From the NCBI RefSeq assembly GCF_006345805.1, contig NW_021823607.1, positions 1 to 21,932 on the forward strand: a DNA stretch of 21,932 nt, read 5' to 3'. Of the stretch, positions 9,847 through 20,712 are shown piece by piece (the first letter of the stretch is position 1; each line of letters opens with the position of its first letter). The notes under the pieces are model-generated. The model was given only the letters and a program-made list of their open reading frames with translations, was not told the DNA's origin and did no database searches. This stretch comes from Octopus sinensis (Eukaryota). The translations under genes and the position numbers were made by a program.

Positions 9847-10550
9847 ATGTGTGTGTGTATGTATGTATGTATGTGTGTGTATGTATGTATGTATGTATGT
9901 ATGTATGTGTGTGTGTGTGTGTGTATGTATGCATGTATGTATGTAAACATGGGTATGGCTGTGTGACTGAGTGTATATGTTTCTGTAATTGCACCTATGC
10001 GTGCTAGTTTCTTTTGCCAAGATTTCTTCGCCAAACTTGCTTTCTCCAAACATTGTCTTTCGCATTCACTCATTTTCTTTGAACATAATTCCAATTTACA
10101 AACTGTTCAGGAAATATATCGATTCTGTCAGCAATGTCAAAGTGATATCGCAGCTTCCTCAGGTTTTTGATGAGTCTTTCAATTGCTGTACACGTGCATA
10201 CGTCAACATCACAATTGGCATGTCTTACCTGCATTTAACCTGCTGCAGATATCAGAGAGAGAGAGAGAGAGCAAATATGCTGAACTAGGAAAATCGTATG
10301 AATGGGCATCTGAAACACATGTCTTTAATAACAGGTGTTGTTACATCATTTCTGGTTTTGGCGTTAGATTAACTGTCAGAGCGTCCGGCATGGACAATGT
10401 GATACAATTACAATTTCACATAAAAGACTTTACGCTCTGGAATGTTATTGAACACTAAGCAATTAAAATATATTTGAAATGATTGACAGCTAATGTGTGA
10501 CAGAGAAAGGAATGTGCAATGATTTTGGAATAGAGAAAATATAGGTTTTC

Positions 10551-10951
10551 TGGTTAAGAATCTGCCTTTGCCATCATGTGTTCTCTAGTTCAATTCCAGT
10601 GCTCGGCTCCTTCGGCAAGTATCTTCAAGTGTTGGTACAGGTTAATAAATGTCTTTAGTATGAATTTGGAGGACAGAAATTCTTCGGAAGTCAGATGTAC
10701 CACATATATATGAATACATATACGCATATATTTTTGTGTTCATGTTCGTGTGTACATGCCCGCGACAGTTTGAGGACCAGTGCTGGTATTTTACGGCCGG
10801 GTAACGTAGGGTTTCAGCAAAAGAAACATATAGAATCGGTACCAGATTTATAAACACTGACTATTGGTGGGATCTGTTCCCCAGAACACTTCAAGACTGT
10901 GATCCAGTATGGAGTCCAGTCCAGTGAGTGGAACGAATGAGAGATAAAAGA
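10551..10951 (+). mobile_element. Old, diverged SINE family 1 copy
   Basis: Degenerate head (tggttaagaa...gttcaattccagtgc...ggcaagtatctt), short internal microsatellite, degenerate tail (gctggt...cagcaaaagaaac...gataaaaga). Confidence 0.7.
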
Positions 10952-10967
10952 TGGAGATAGCGTTATG

Positions 10968-11348
10968 TTTTAGTCTTGCTTAAACATAACGGACTTAATC
11001 TTTGTAAGCCTAGTACTTATTCCATCGGTCTCTTTCGCCGAACCGCTAAGTTACGTGGACGTAAACACACCACTATCGGTTGTCTAACGATGTTGGACAA
11101 ACACAGACACAAACATATACACACTCACACACACACACACACACACATATATATGTATGTATATATATATATATATATACATATATACGACGGGCTTCCT
11201 TCGGTTTCCGTCTACCAAATCCACTCACAAAGCTTTTGTCGGCCCGAGGCTATAGTAGAAGACACTTACCCAAATTGCCACGCAGTGGGAATGAACCTGG
11301 AACCATGTGGTTGGTAAGCAAGCTACTTACCACACAGCCTCTCCTGCG
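10968..11348 (-). mobile_element. SINE family 1, head + microsatellite + truncated tail
   Basis: Head at 11187-11348 and tail at 10968-11100 align closely with the 17325 and 20253 copies. Confidence 0.92.
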
Positions 11349-13159
11349 TTCATTTTTTCTACTGGAAACATTAATAGTTTGGTATAACACTTCGTTGAAG
11401 CTATGAATCGTAGTTTCAATATACGCAATTACAATCACCCTCGCAATTACAAAATAAAAAAGTTATATCTTTCGTAGTAAGTGCTTTTGATCTTCTACTG
11501 TATTTGGCACTTATATATAAGTATATAATCTAAGCCCCTCAGATCTCATAGCAGAATGCCCTTTTTTTTGCTGCTCAATATGTGTTTTAACAGGTGTGGA
11601 ACGCAAGAAACTTTCTTTTCTCACACAATTCATCAAAAGATAGATATCTCTCGAAGAATCTTAGCTCCTAATCTTTTCGTGGAAAGTAGCATGTGATAAA
11701 TGATAAATGGTGTCTTTTTGACATGTATGGAATCAGGTGTCGTATCTACTAATACTGAATAGTTTTATCTTTGTTCTTCCCAAAAACTGTGTTTGAAAAA
11801 AAGGGGGCAAAAACACTAGATTTATTATGTGATTCAGTTTAAAAAAAACAACGTAATGTCAACCTTCTTCTTTATCCCTTCTTTTCTATGACCCTCTCAA
11901 AATGGGTTTGAAAAGCGAAGAAACGATTGAGAAAGTACTTGAACTAGATCAAGGAAAGTAACGCTGTTCAAACAGCCAGCCACAAGTAAGTTACAAGAGA
12001 AAGGTAATCGCAACTCAACCTCAATAAATAAAAATGGCATTTCTACAATATAAAATATTAGTTCAGTTAGCTTTTTCAGTTTTTTAGGCAGATAACTTTC
12101 TAAGTCTCTTAGAAGAAATATTTTGTTTGAGGTCATTCCATGCTACATAACTCCCCTTCTAATAGTTACTTAGTTAACGCCCGAGGACTACATCACGAAA
12201 TTTTCTCTATATTTTCGTGGTAGATCAGCCTTACTTTATTGCCAAAACCGATACCCGTAATTTTTTTTTCTTTTCAAAATGGCGATTGCGTGAAAAAGCG
12301 ATATGTACGAGTTTTTCATACTAAATACTTACAATTGTGTCTCAGGCATTTAACCTTCGTCATTCATGTGGTTAAATATGCCTTTGAGTAAGACGAATAG
12401 ATAGATTTCTTTTTAGCAACGGTAAATCTCAAAATAAAGGAAGCTAAAATAATAACGAGTAATATTGAGCTAAATACCTTTTAAATACGAATAGATGACG
12501 AAGCCATCTGTGTAGACAAGACATGTTTACCGGAAATGTGGGTCCAACAAGCAATGTTCGTTTTTCCCGCTCCAGAGACAATGTAAGCAAATATCTACAA
12601 GCTATTATATATAGCTTTATTTGCTTCGAGTTTCACTGTTCCTTAAAATAATTACTTCACGTTCTCGAAGTTTCTGAAATGTTATTCTGTCAATGATATG
12701 TGTGTGAGTTTGTGTGTGTGCCTGTGTGTGTGTGCGTGTGTAAATTTATGTAGATAACTTAGGTGTGTGCTTATGTATAAATATATATACTGGGGTCCTT
12801 TTTTGCGTGTGTACATCAGGTATATTTCTTCTTGAAACCTGTACTAACATTCAGTTATTTGTTATTACCACTGCTAATGTATTGATGAACGTTCTTACCC
12901 TTACCTTATATATATATAAATATATGAGTCTGAGCGCACGTTGTACGGCTACGTCACTTTGATCTTGAAAATTCCAGTGTACACCAGCTGCGATGATGTG
13001 GGATGGCAGACATTTTTAGATTTCTTTGGATCCTTGTGGACTCAGGCCAAAGATGTCTAATCACCTGAAAAAATGAAATAACTGTTGTTAGGGGATCAAT
13101 TCAAAAAATGTTTATCAGTATATTAGAGTTAATTTAAATATCATAACAACCTGAATTCA

Positions 13160-13185
13160 GTGTGTTTTTCTGTGGACACCCTGTA
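13160..13185. mobile_element. Orphan Tc1/mariner TIR-like end
   Basis: The reverse complement TA-cagggtgtccacagaaaaacac resembles common Tc1/mariner termini. No partner TIR found in the window. Confidence 0.3.
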
Positions 13186-13845
13186 TAACTGCATTTCTAT
13201 TTGGACGTTACAGTTGATGGATGTACTTGAATTATGATATCAGCGTTAGCGGGTCGTTGTTTCTGTTTTCCAGCCGTTACCTTCGAATCATTAATAAAAT
13301 GAATAATGGAATAAACCAAGGTGGAGATGCATCCTATACCTACAAAATTTGGGAAAATGATACACAAACTTTATCCCTCCACCCCACCAAAATCTTAAAG
13401 TTGTCCTTTTATTCATATACGAAAGAAAAAAATGGCTTTTAATGAAATACTGTTTTTCTATATATTGTTATATTAACTACCAGTCAAAATATACCGATAA
13501 AATGCATTATATTTTTGAGACAAACATACATACACACGCGCGCATATTTATATAATTATATATTTGTATATATGTATGTGAATGTGTATATTTATATACT
13601 TATATATAAATATGCGTGTGTGTGCGTATGTGTGTGTATGAATGGGTATATTTACAGCTAAAATAATATTAAAAGTTTGATATGTTGATTTTAAAAGCAT
13701 CCACTTTTCTTTAGTATTAAAATTGGAAATAAATTGACTAAAAGTATAAATTTTACGCGTGTCTTACTAAAAACAAGACCACTACACATTAAGCATTTTG
13801 CGGTTGGTACGTTACATATACACATAGTTACATATATATTCTATT

Positions 13846-13916
<71 letters not shown>

Positions 13917-14134
13917 GATATATATATGTAGTATGTGTAGGAATTTATATCTATGTGTGTTTGCGTGTGTGTGAATATAAATATAAAAATATATACATAT
14001 ATTAGTTTAAATATGTACCAATATATACAGACAGATACATAGATAAACACACACATATATACATATATACACACACATATTTATATTCATAAATTGATAT
14101 GTATGCGTATATATATGTTATATATGTACATATA

Positions 14135-14174
<40 letters not shown>

Positions 14175-14953
14175 CTAAATGTACATATACATATATATAT
14201 ACATGTATGCACACAGACATACATTGATTTCCTTTGCAAAAAAATACATTTACTACACAATTCAGAAGACAACGACACAGGGAGGGAGAAAAAAAAATGA
14301 AAGCACAACCAGTCAGACAAACAGACGAACAGGAAACCTAAGACCAAAACAGTAAATAAGTAAATATTGTAGAATATGCAGAAAATTAATAAGATAAAAT
14401 AACCAGCAATTTATTGCTACATTTTCCTTCCTTTTAAACTACGGTAATCGAAGTTAAACATAAAATATTTTAATCGATATCTATTACATTATTTCAACAT
14501 ATTATACGTACTTATATATATACAGACACACAAATATATAGCAGAGTTTACGCATGCGTTTGCGCGACACATTTCAATTTATTTATTCGATTCAAATTAA
14601 TCCATATTCACCCTACCTATCAATTTAGCTACGTATATTTCAATGTATAAGTTATCTTCTAACTAAACAGGAATTGATTTTTCTTTTCCCTATCTTCCTG
14701 TCTGATAGATGTGTGCCGATACAACTTTTAAATATATGTGCACATGAAAACTCACATATAAAAATATATATGCATGTAATATGTGTGTGCACGTGTATAT
14801 ACATGCGTATATTGTATGTGCGTGTATGTATGTATATATACATCTACACCCTCATTCCCCCCCACACACACACATATATACATATATATATATATATGCA
14901 TATATACATATATATATATATAGATATATATATATATAGATATATATATATAT

Positions 14954-15024
<71 letters not shown>

Positions 15025-15078
15025 CATATTACCACAGGCACAAACGAACAAGCAAATGCATATACATTTCTCTGGTGA

Positions 15079-15147
15079 GTGGTGCAAAATTTTCCTCTCG
15101 ACCACAAGGTTTCAGGATCTGCTCCTCTGCGGGGAACCTTTCGCATG
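15079..15147 (+). mobile_element. Highly diverged SINE family 1 head remnant
   Basis: accacaaggtttcaggatc...ctgcggggaacctt versus consensus accacatggttccgggttc...ctgcgtggcacctt. Confidence 0.45.
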
Positions 15148-15265
15148 CTCAGGGTCCACAACAGTCACGTCAGTGATTTTAATAGACCTGAACTCCTCGT
15201 ATTTCATAAGCCATAAACAGTGTCTAACTTCTTTTCCTCTGAGGACATTTTCGAGAAGTCATCTC

Positions 15266-15316
<51 letters not shown>

Positions 15317-15446
15317 GATATATATAAAGTCTCAGATACATAGAAATATGTAGAAGTAGACATACATATGTATATGAATGTATGTGTGATTCATATAAAT
15401 TTATTTGTGCATGCGTATGTATAGATGTATGTATGTATATATATAT

Positions 15447-15498
<52 letters not shown>

Positions 15499-15659
15499 TA
15501 AATAGAGAGATATCCAGATATCCACATATATATACATATATGCATATATACATATATATATATTATATATATAATATATATATATATGGATATATATGTA
15601 TATATATATATCTATATATACATATATACATATAGAAAGAACAGAAGAAAAGAAAATAT

Positions 15660-15714
<55 letters not shown>

Positions 15715-16135
15715 CACTTACGCACACCCAAGAATACATAAGAATCTATGTACGTAGGTAAGTATGTATTCTTCCATAATTGACGAATAGCTACAGGAGA
15801 CTATATTTTATTACCTGAAAATATAGATCATTTATCCGATACCATTTTTTAATCAATCACTTATAATCTGCGTAGCTAGACATCGCTGATCGATTTCCTT
15901 AGAGGCGATGTGTTTCATAAATATAAACATACATAATGACATACAACACACACACACACACACACGCATGCACGCACACAAAACAACATACGCACACATA
16001 CACACGCATAAGTAGAGAAATATATTTGTTGGTATGAGGGTACCATTGTGCTTTTGAATCGGTGTACGGTGTAATTATTGATTATGCAATGCGTTTCTTA
16101 CATTGGTCTTCAATGATATAACAGAACATTTGATG

Positions 16136-16262
16136 TTACCTTCTGCCGGAGCCGTGTCGAGCTTAAATGTTTCGCTCATAAACACACACACATCGACTGG
16201 TCTGCTATTCGAACCCGCGACCCCTCACCTCGAATCCGCTACTCTAACCACTAGGCCATGTG
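16136..16262 (-). mobile_element. tRNA-derived SINE family 3, 5' part
   Basis: Minus strand cacaTGGCCTAGTGGttagag (A box) ... gggttcgaat (B box), then a short (TG)n and body sequence. No tRNA acceptor stem. Confidence 0.8.
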
Positions 16263-16648
16263 ACTCTACCTATACATATGCATATACTTATATTTAAATG
16301 TGTGTTGGTTTGCAACAGAGTATATATATAAATGCAGTACATTCGTGGCTCTACCTGAGTGTCAATGAAAGCTATTTGAGCAGTGTATATATCAATATGT
16401 ACATTTTTTATGCTTAGGTTTTATACACACACACTCACGCACGTAGTTATATAAAACTCCTATGTATGTGTGTATATGTTTGTATGTGTTTGTGTGTGTA
16501 TTTACAATTCATTAAAAACAAAAAAAAACAAGATATTTAAATGACTAACATTGTTACGTCTCATAAATATATACATACATATATATAGAGAGAGAGAAAG
16601 AGAAAGAGAGAGAGACATACATACACATATACATATAAACATATATAG

Positions 16649-16687
<39 letters not shown>

Positions 16688-16806
16688 CATATATGTATAC
16701 ACATATATATATATTTATATATATATACATACATATAAACACGTACACACACATATACATATGCCTTTATACACACATATTTATACACACTCTCATCCAT
16801 ACACCC

Positions 16807-16856
<50 letters not shown>

Positions 16857-17324
16857 GAATGTATGTGTGTGTGTTTCTCTGTATGTTAGTGTGTGTGTGT
16901 GTGTGCATATGACATCTCAGTTCGTGAGTTGTAATTATTTATAATCTTGATGTGTTAATTTGTGTCATAAATATCGATTACAACTTTGATATTTCATTAT
17001 ATTAGATAAAACTAGAATAAATATTTATTGATATCGAATTAACTGCGTAACAAACGAGGTATTTATAGAGTTAAGTTTCTTAATTTCCACCAGCAGAATA
17101 TGGATAGATAATTGGACAAAGCGCTATGCAATTTTTGTTGTTTAAACCGTATATTTTTCACGTTATTGTAATAAGTTATTATCAAATGAAACGTTATCCT
17201 CAATAACAATTCTAAACTTTGTTATATTATTAAAAATCGCTACAATTGTTTTGACATATTATTAACAGCTGATAGTAGTTGAATGTTACTTATAATTACA
17301 TTATGATCCGAAAATAGATGTATA

Positions 17325-17737
17325 GGCGCAGGAGTGGCTGTGTGGTAAGTAGCTTGCTAACCAACCACATGGTTCCGGGTTCAGTCCCACTGCGTGGCAT
17401 CTTGGGCAAGTGTCTCTGCTATAGCCCCGGGCCGAACAATACCTTGTGAGTGGATTTTTTAGACGGAAACTGAAAGAACCCGCGTATATATGTATATATA
17501 TATAGTGTGTGTGTGTATGTTTGTGTTCTGTGTTTGTCTCCCTAACATTGCTTGACAACCGATGCTGGTGTGTTTACGTCCCCGTCACCTAGCGGTTCGG
17601 CAAAAGAGACTAATAGAATAAGTACTGGGCTTACAAAGAATAAGTCCCGGGGTCGATTTTCTCGACTAAATGCGGTGCTCCAGCGTGGCCGCAGTCAAAT
17701 GACTGAAACAAGTAAAAGAGTAAAAGTGTAAAAGAGT
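17325..17737 (+). mobile_element. SINE family 1, full length
   Basis: ggcgcaggagtggctgtgtgg head, ggttcagtcc B-box-like motif, internal microsatellite, tail ending in (gtaaaaga)n-like repeats. Confidence 0.95.
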
Positions 17738-17777
17738 ATTCATTCACGTTATTAGCTGAGTAGGGTCCGATAGCCGT

Positions 17778-17814
17778 TACCAGATGATAATTATGCGGCG
17801 AAACAATTGTAGTG
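17778..17814 (+). ncRNA. Possible decayed hammerhead motif
   Basis: UAC-CAGAUGA-...-GAAAC-AAUU-GUA|GUG with palindromic stem III ACAAUUGU. U4->A, and the 5' arm of stem II is missing. Confidence 0.3.
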
Positions 17815-17940
17815 CATTGTAATAAAATCTCTTCATTCTACACCAATTAAAATGCTTTTGTATATCGTCTGCAGATATCCTCTGATTTCGATGTTGTCAT
17901 GCAACAAATGGAGAAGCCCTAGTATGTGATATTCTTTAAT

Positions 17941-18068
17941 ACTCCAGGCACAAGATCCGATATTTTGGGAGAGGTGGCCAGCCAATTAGATCGACCACAG
18001 TAAGAAACTGGTACTTAATGGACCGCGAAAGTATGAAAGGCAAATCGACCTCGGGAGAATTTGAACTT
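17941..18068 (-). mobile_element. SINE family 2 fragment (core + tail)
   Basis: The reverse complement of aagtt caaattctcccgaggtcgatttgcctttcat...aagtaccag is present, with a tail of the 9587 type. Confidence 0.8.
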
Positions 18069-18201
18069 AATCCTAGTATATGAAAACCCCTCCAAGCTGG
18101 TACCCGAAGATGAGTTTTGGAAAGCAGGCTATAATATCAAATATAGATACATATGCGCATATATAATATATATATATTCTATATATATATATATATATAT
18201 A

Positions 18202-18361
18202 AACTTAATCCAAACATGAAAACACAAAGAGAAAACACAACAACGCGGGGACGTGGAACATATAGTATTATTCGACGCTCAGGAAAGAAGGAGGGTTTAA
18301 CGTTTCGAGCGGAGCTCTTCGTCGGAAACAAGGAGAAGGAAAGATCCAGAGAAGGGAAGAC
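18202..18361 (-). mobile_element. Hammerhead-bearing retroelement end (family H1) in (TA)n
   Basis: Homologous to 2496-2660; (TA)n on both sides. Confidence 0.7.
18295..18329 (-). ncRNA. Minimal type I hammerhead ribozyme motif, U4C core variant
   Basis: GUUU-CCGACGA-A-GAGC-UCC-GCUC-GAAAC-GUU|AAAC. 4-bp stem I, 4-bp stem II, loopless palindromic stem III (AACGUU), one extra nt after A9. Confidence 0.7.
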
Positions 18362-18444
18362 ATATATTGTATATATATATATAATATATAATATATATAT
18401 ATATATATATATTATGTATATATATATATATGTATATATTATAT

Positions 18445-19020
18445 GGATAATAACATTGGAAATCACGTGGTTTTCACTGGTATGTGTTTAATTAACTAGA
18501 TGACAAGGAAGGAACAAGCAGAGATAAGGTAGCATTTACGATCGTTTCAATTTATTGGTTTAAGTAAATCTCTTCAGAATGCCAATATAGATAGATGCAT
18601 CTGTTAGGATGCTAAAGTAATTGATACATATATGATGGTAATGTAAACAAAAGTGGTAATTCTTACATTAAATTTTGTTCTTGCTCTAGTAAATTCTCTG
18701 GGTAGAGATTTGCTTGTGGTAGATTGGTTAGTTTCATTTGGTAATTAGGGTGGGGTGAGTATTATTTAGGTACGGGTTTCCTAGTTTAATTAAGCACATT
18801 TTTTTCGCACGGGCGTATTCACTTTTTTTTTATATATTACGGTTAGTTGCCACCGGCGGCGTAGGTGAAGCGGATAATTCTAACAAGGGGAAAAGGGTGC
18901 TAACTCATACCAAATTGTAGGTGGTTTGAAAATGTGTTATGGCTAATAATTGTCTTATTGCTAGAGTTTAGGAAGTTCTTAGTGCTAGGAGGGTTTCTAT
19001 GTATTTGCAAAGTGTATTAT
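18445..19020 (-). mobile_element. Hammerhead-bearing retroelement end (family H3); right boundary uncertain
   Basis: Begins at the edge of a (TA)n array and contains a canonical hammerhead. The upstream part is strand-biased (C/A-rich on minus) and has no recognisable ORF. Confidence 0.45.
18532..18582 (-). ncRNA. Type I hammerhead ribozyme with canonical core
   Basis: GCAUU-CUGAAGA-GAUUUA-[CUUAAACCAA]-UAAAUU-GAAA-C-GAUC-GUA|AAUGC. Perfect 5-bp stem I, canonical CUGANGA and GAAA, 6-bp stem II (G.U at base), palindromic stem III, GUA triplet. Predicted cut between 18537 and 18536. Confidence 0.85.
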
Positions 19021-19493
19021 TATGGAATGCTCCCTCATACTCTCTCTTGTCCCATTACCCGCTTGTCTGTTGCTCACACGTGACTACAGGCCCTTTCTCT
19101 CGCCCCTTCCTTTTCTGGACATGACGTACATAATTTTTGTCTTCTAGTATTTTCTTCTCTTCTCTTTATTCTATTTCATTTAAAAATTCCCCTCAGGTGT
19201 TACCCATTACAATTTGTTTTGGCCTAACGGCTCTTTATGTTTGTCTTCGTCAGTTATTTACTTTGTACGTCCACCTCCTTCACATTTTTTTCAATTTCTG
19301 GATGCTGCTGTCTTATGAAGGTTTCTTATTTTGTCGTTAAAAGCACGAAATAGGGTGTAGTCAAACAGTCTGCAATTAACGAGCGAGTTATCTTCCTTAG
19401 GTATTTCGTCCTGTACGTATCTCTCGTGTGCTCACGTATTTTCATTCGTTTCTGATGCCCTGTACTTAACGCGTATTATATGTATATATATAA

Positions 19494-19693
19494 ACGATGG
19501 GCCTCTTTCAGTTTCCGCTTACTAAATCCACTCACAAGGATTCGGTCATCCCGAGGATATAGTAGAAGACTCTTGACCAAGGTGCCACGTACCGGGACTG
19601 AAATTAGAATCTTGTGTTTGGGAAGCAAGTTTGCTACAAAATAATTCACGCCAGCGCCTACAGAGCCACGCCTGCGCCTTCAGAGCTACGCCT
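19494..19693 (-). mobile_element. SINE family 1 head with tandemly repeated 5' end
   Basis: Reverse complement of the family-1 head; a ~20-nt unit is repeated at 19641-19693. Confidence 0.85.
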
Positions 19694-20252
19694 ATATGAT
19701 ATTTAGTAGCATCAGTAGTTTCAACATAAATGAACTATAAATTAGTTAAAATATGTTTGTAAAATATTTCAAATGTTAGAGGCAAAATAACTGCAAATAC
19801 CGTGGACAAAAATATCTACTCTTACAGTGAACGGTGCAAAAACAACAGCATGTATGCAGTTATGAGGCTAAATAACGGGCATTTATAGGAAATATCGTTA
19901 TTTGCCATTGATAACAACAAAAGAGCGCGAAATATATTTGGGAATCCGATAGTGGGGAGCATTAGGTAGTTCTAGGAAGACATTTTGCTTTTTACACATT
20001 TTACAATATGACAAAATGTTTTCGCTACCGTGACAGCCGTGAGCTTGTCTTTAGAAAATGAAATGTGTCACAAACGTATGTAACTAACCTAAAGTTTGCT
20101 TATGCATAATATATACATGCAAATATACTTATATCTATACAGTCACGCATACGTACATACATTCATACATAAATACTTATATATATATTAATACTTACAT
20201 ATATGTTATATATACATACATTCTTATTTATATATGCATACATACATTTATA

Positions 20253-20662
20253 GGTGTAGGAGTGGCTGTGTGGTAAGTAGCTTGCTTACCAACCGCATGG
20301 TTCCGGGTTCAGTCCCACTGTGTGGCACCTTGGGAAGTGTCTTCTGTTATAGCCCCGGGCCGACCACAGCTTTGTGAATGGATTTGGTAGACGGAAACTG
20401 AAAGAAGCCCGTCGTATATATGTATGTATATGTATATGTGTGTATATGTTTGTGTGTCTGTGTTTGTCCCCTCATCATCGCTTGACAACCGGTGCTGGTG
20501 TGTTTATGTCACCATAACTTAGCGGTTCGGCAAAAGAGACCGTTAGAATAAGTACTAGGCTTACAAAGAAGTCCTGGGCTCAATTTGCTCGACTAAAGGC
20601 GGTGCTCCAGTATGGCCGCAGTCAAATAACTGAAACAAATAAAAGAACAAAGAACAAAGAAC
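20253..20662 (+). mobile_element. SINE family 1, full length
   Basis: Closely matches 17325-17737; tail ends in (aaagaac)n. Confidence 0.95.
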
Positions 20663-20678
20663 ATATATATGTATATGC

Positions 20679-20712
<34 letters not shown>

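Noticed and set aside
11901-11990. MGLKSEETIEKVLELDQGK short ORF with a downstream GTAAGT
   Set aside because: All three frames hit stops before the donor; no support.
13221-13442. 73-aa ORF with an acceptor-like ttctgttttccag
   Set aside because: Weak donor and no recognisable protein similarity.
15756-15763. Perfect AG|GTAAGT donor motif
   Set aside because: Embedded in a degenerate TAYG repeat with only microsatellite upstream; no acceptor or exon.
16200-16262. tRNA gene
   Set aside because: It has A/B boxes but no cloverleaf or acceptor stem and continues into SINE body; the same applies to the other SINE heads.
18583-19020. RT or GIY-YIG endonuclease coding remnant upstream of the canonical hammerhead
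   Set aside because: Manual translation of parts of the minus strand gave only short open stretches with no recognisable motif, so the Penelope assignment rests on architecture alone.
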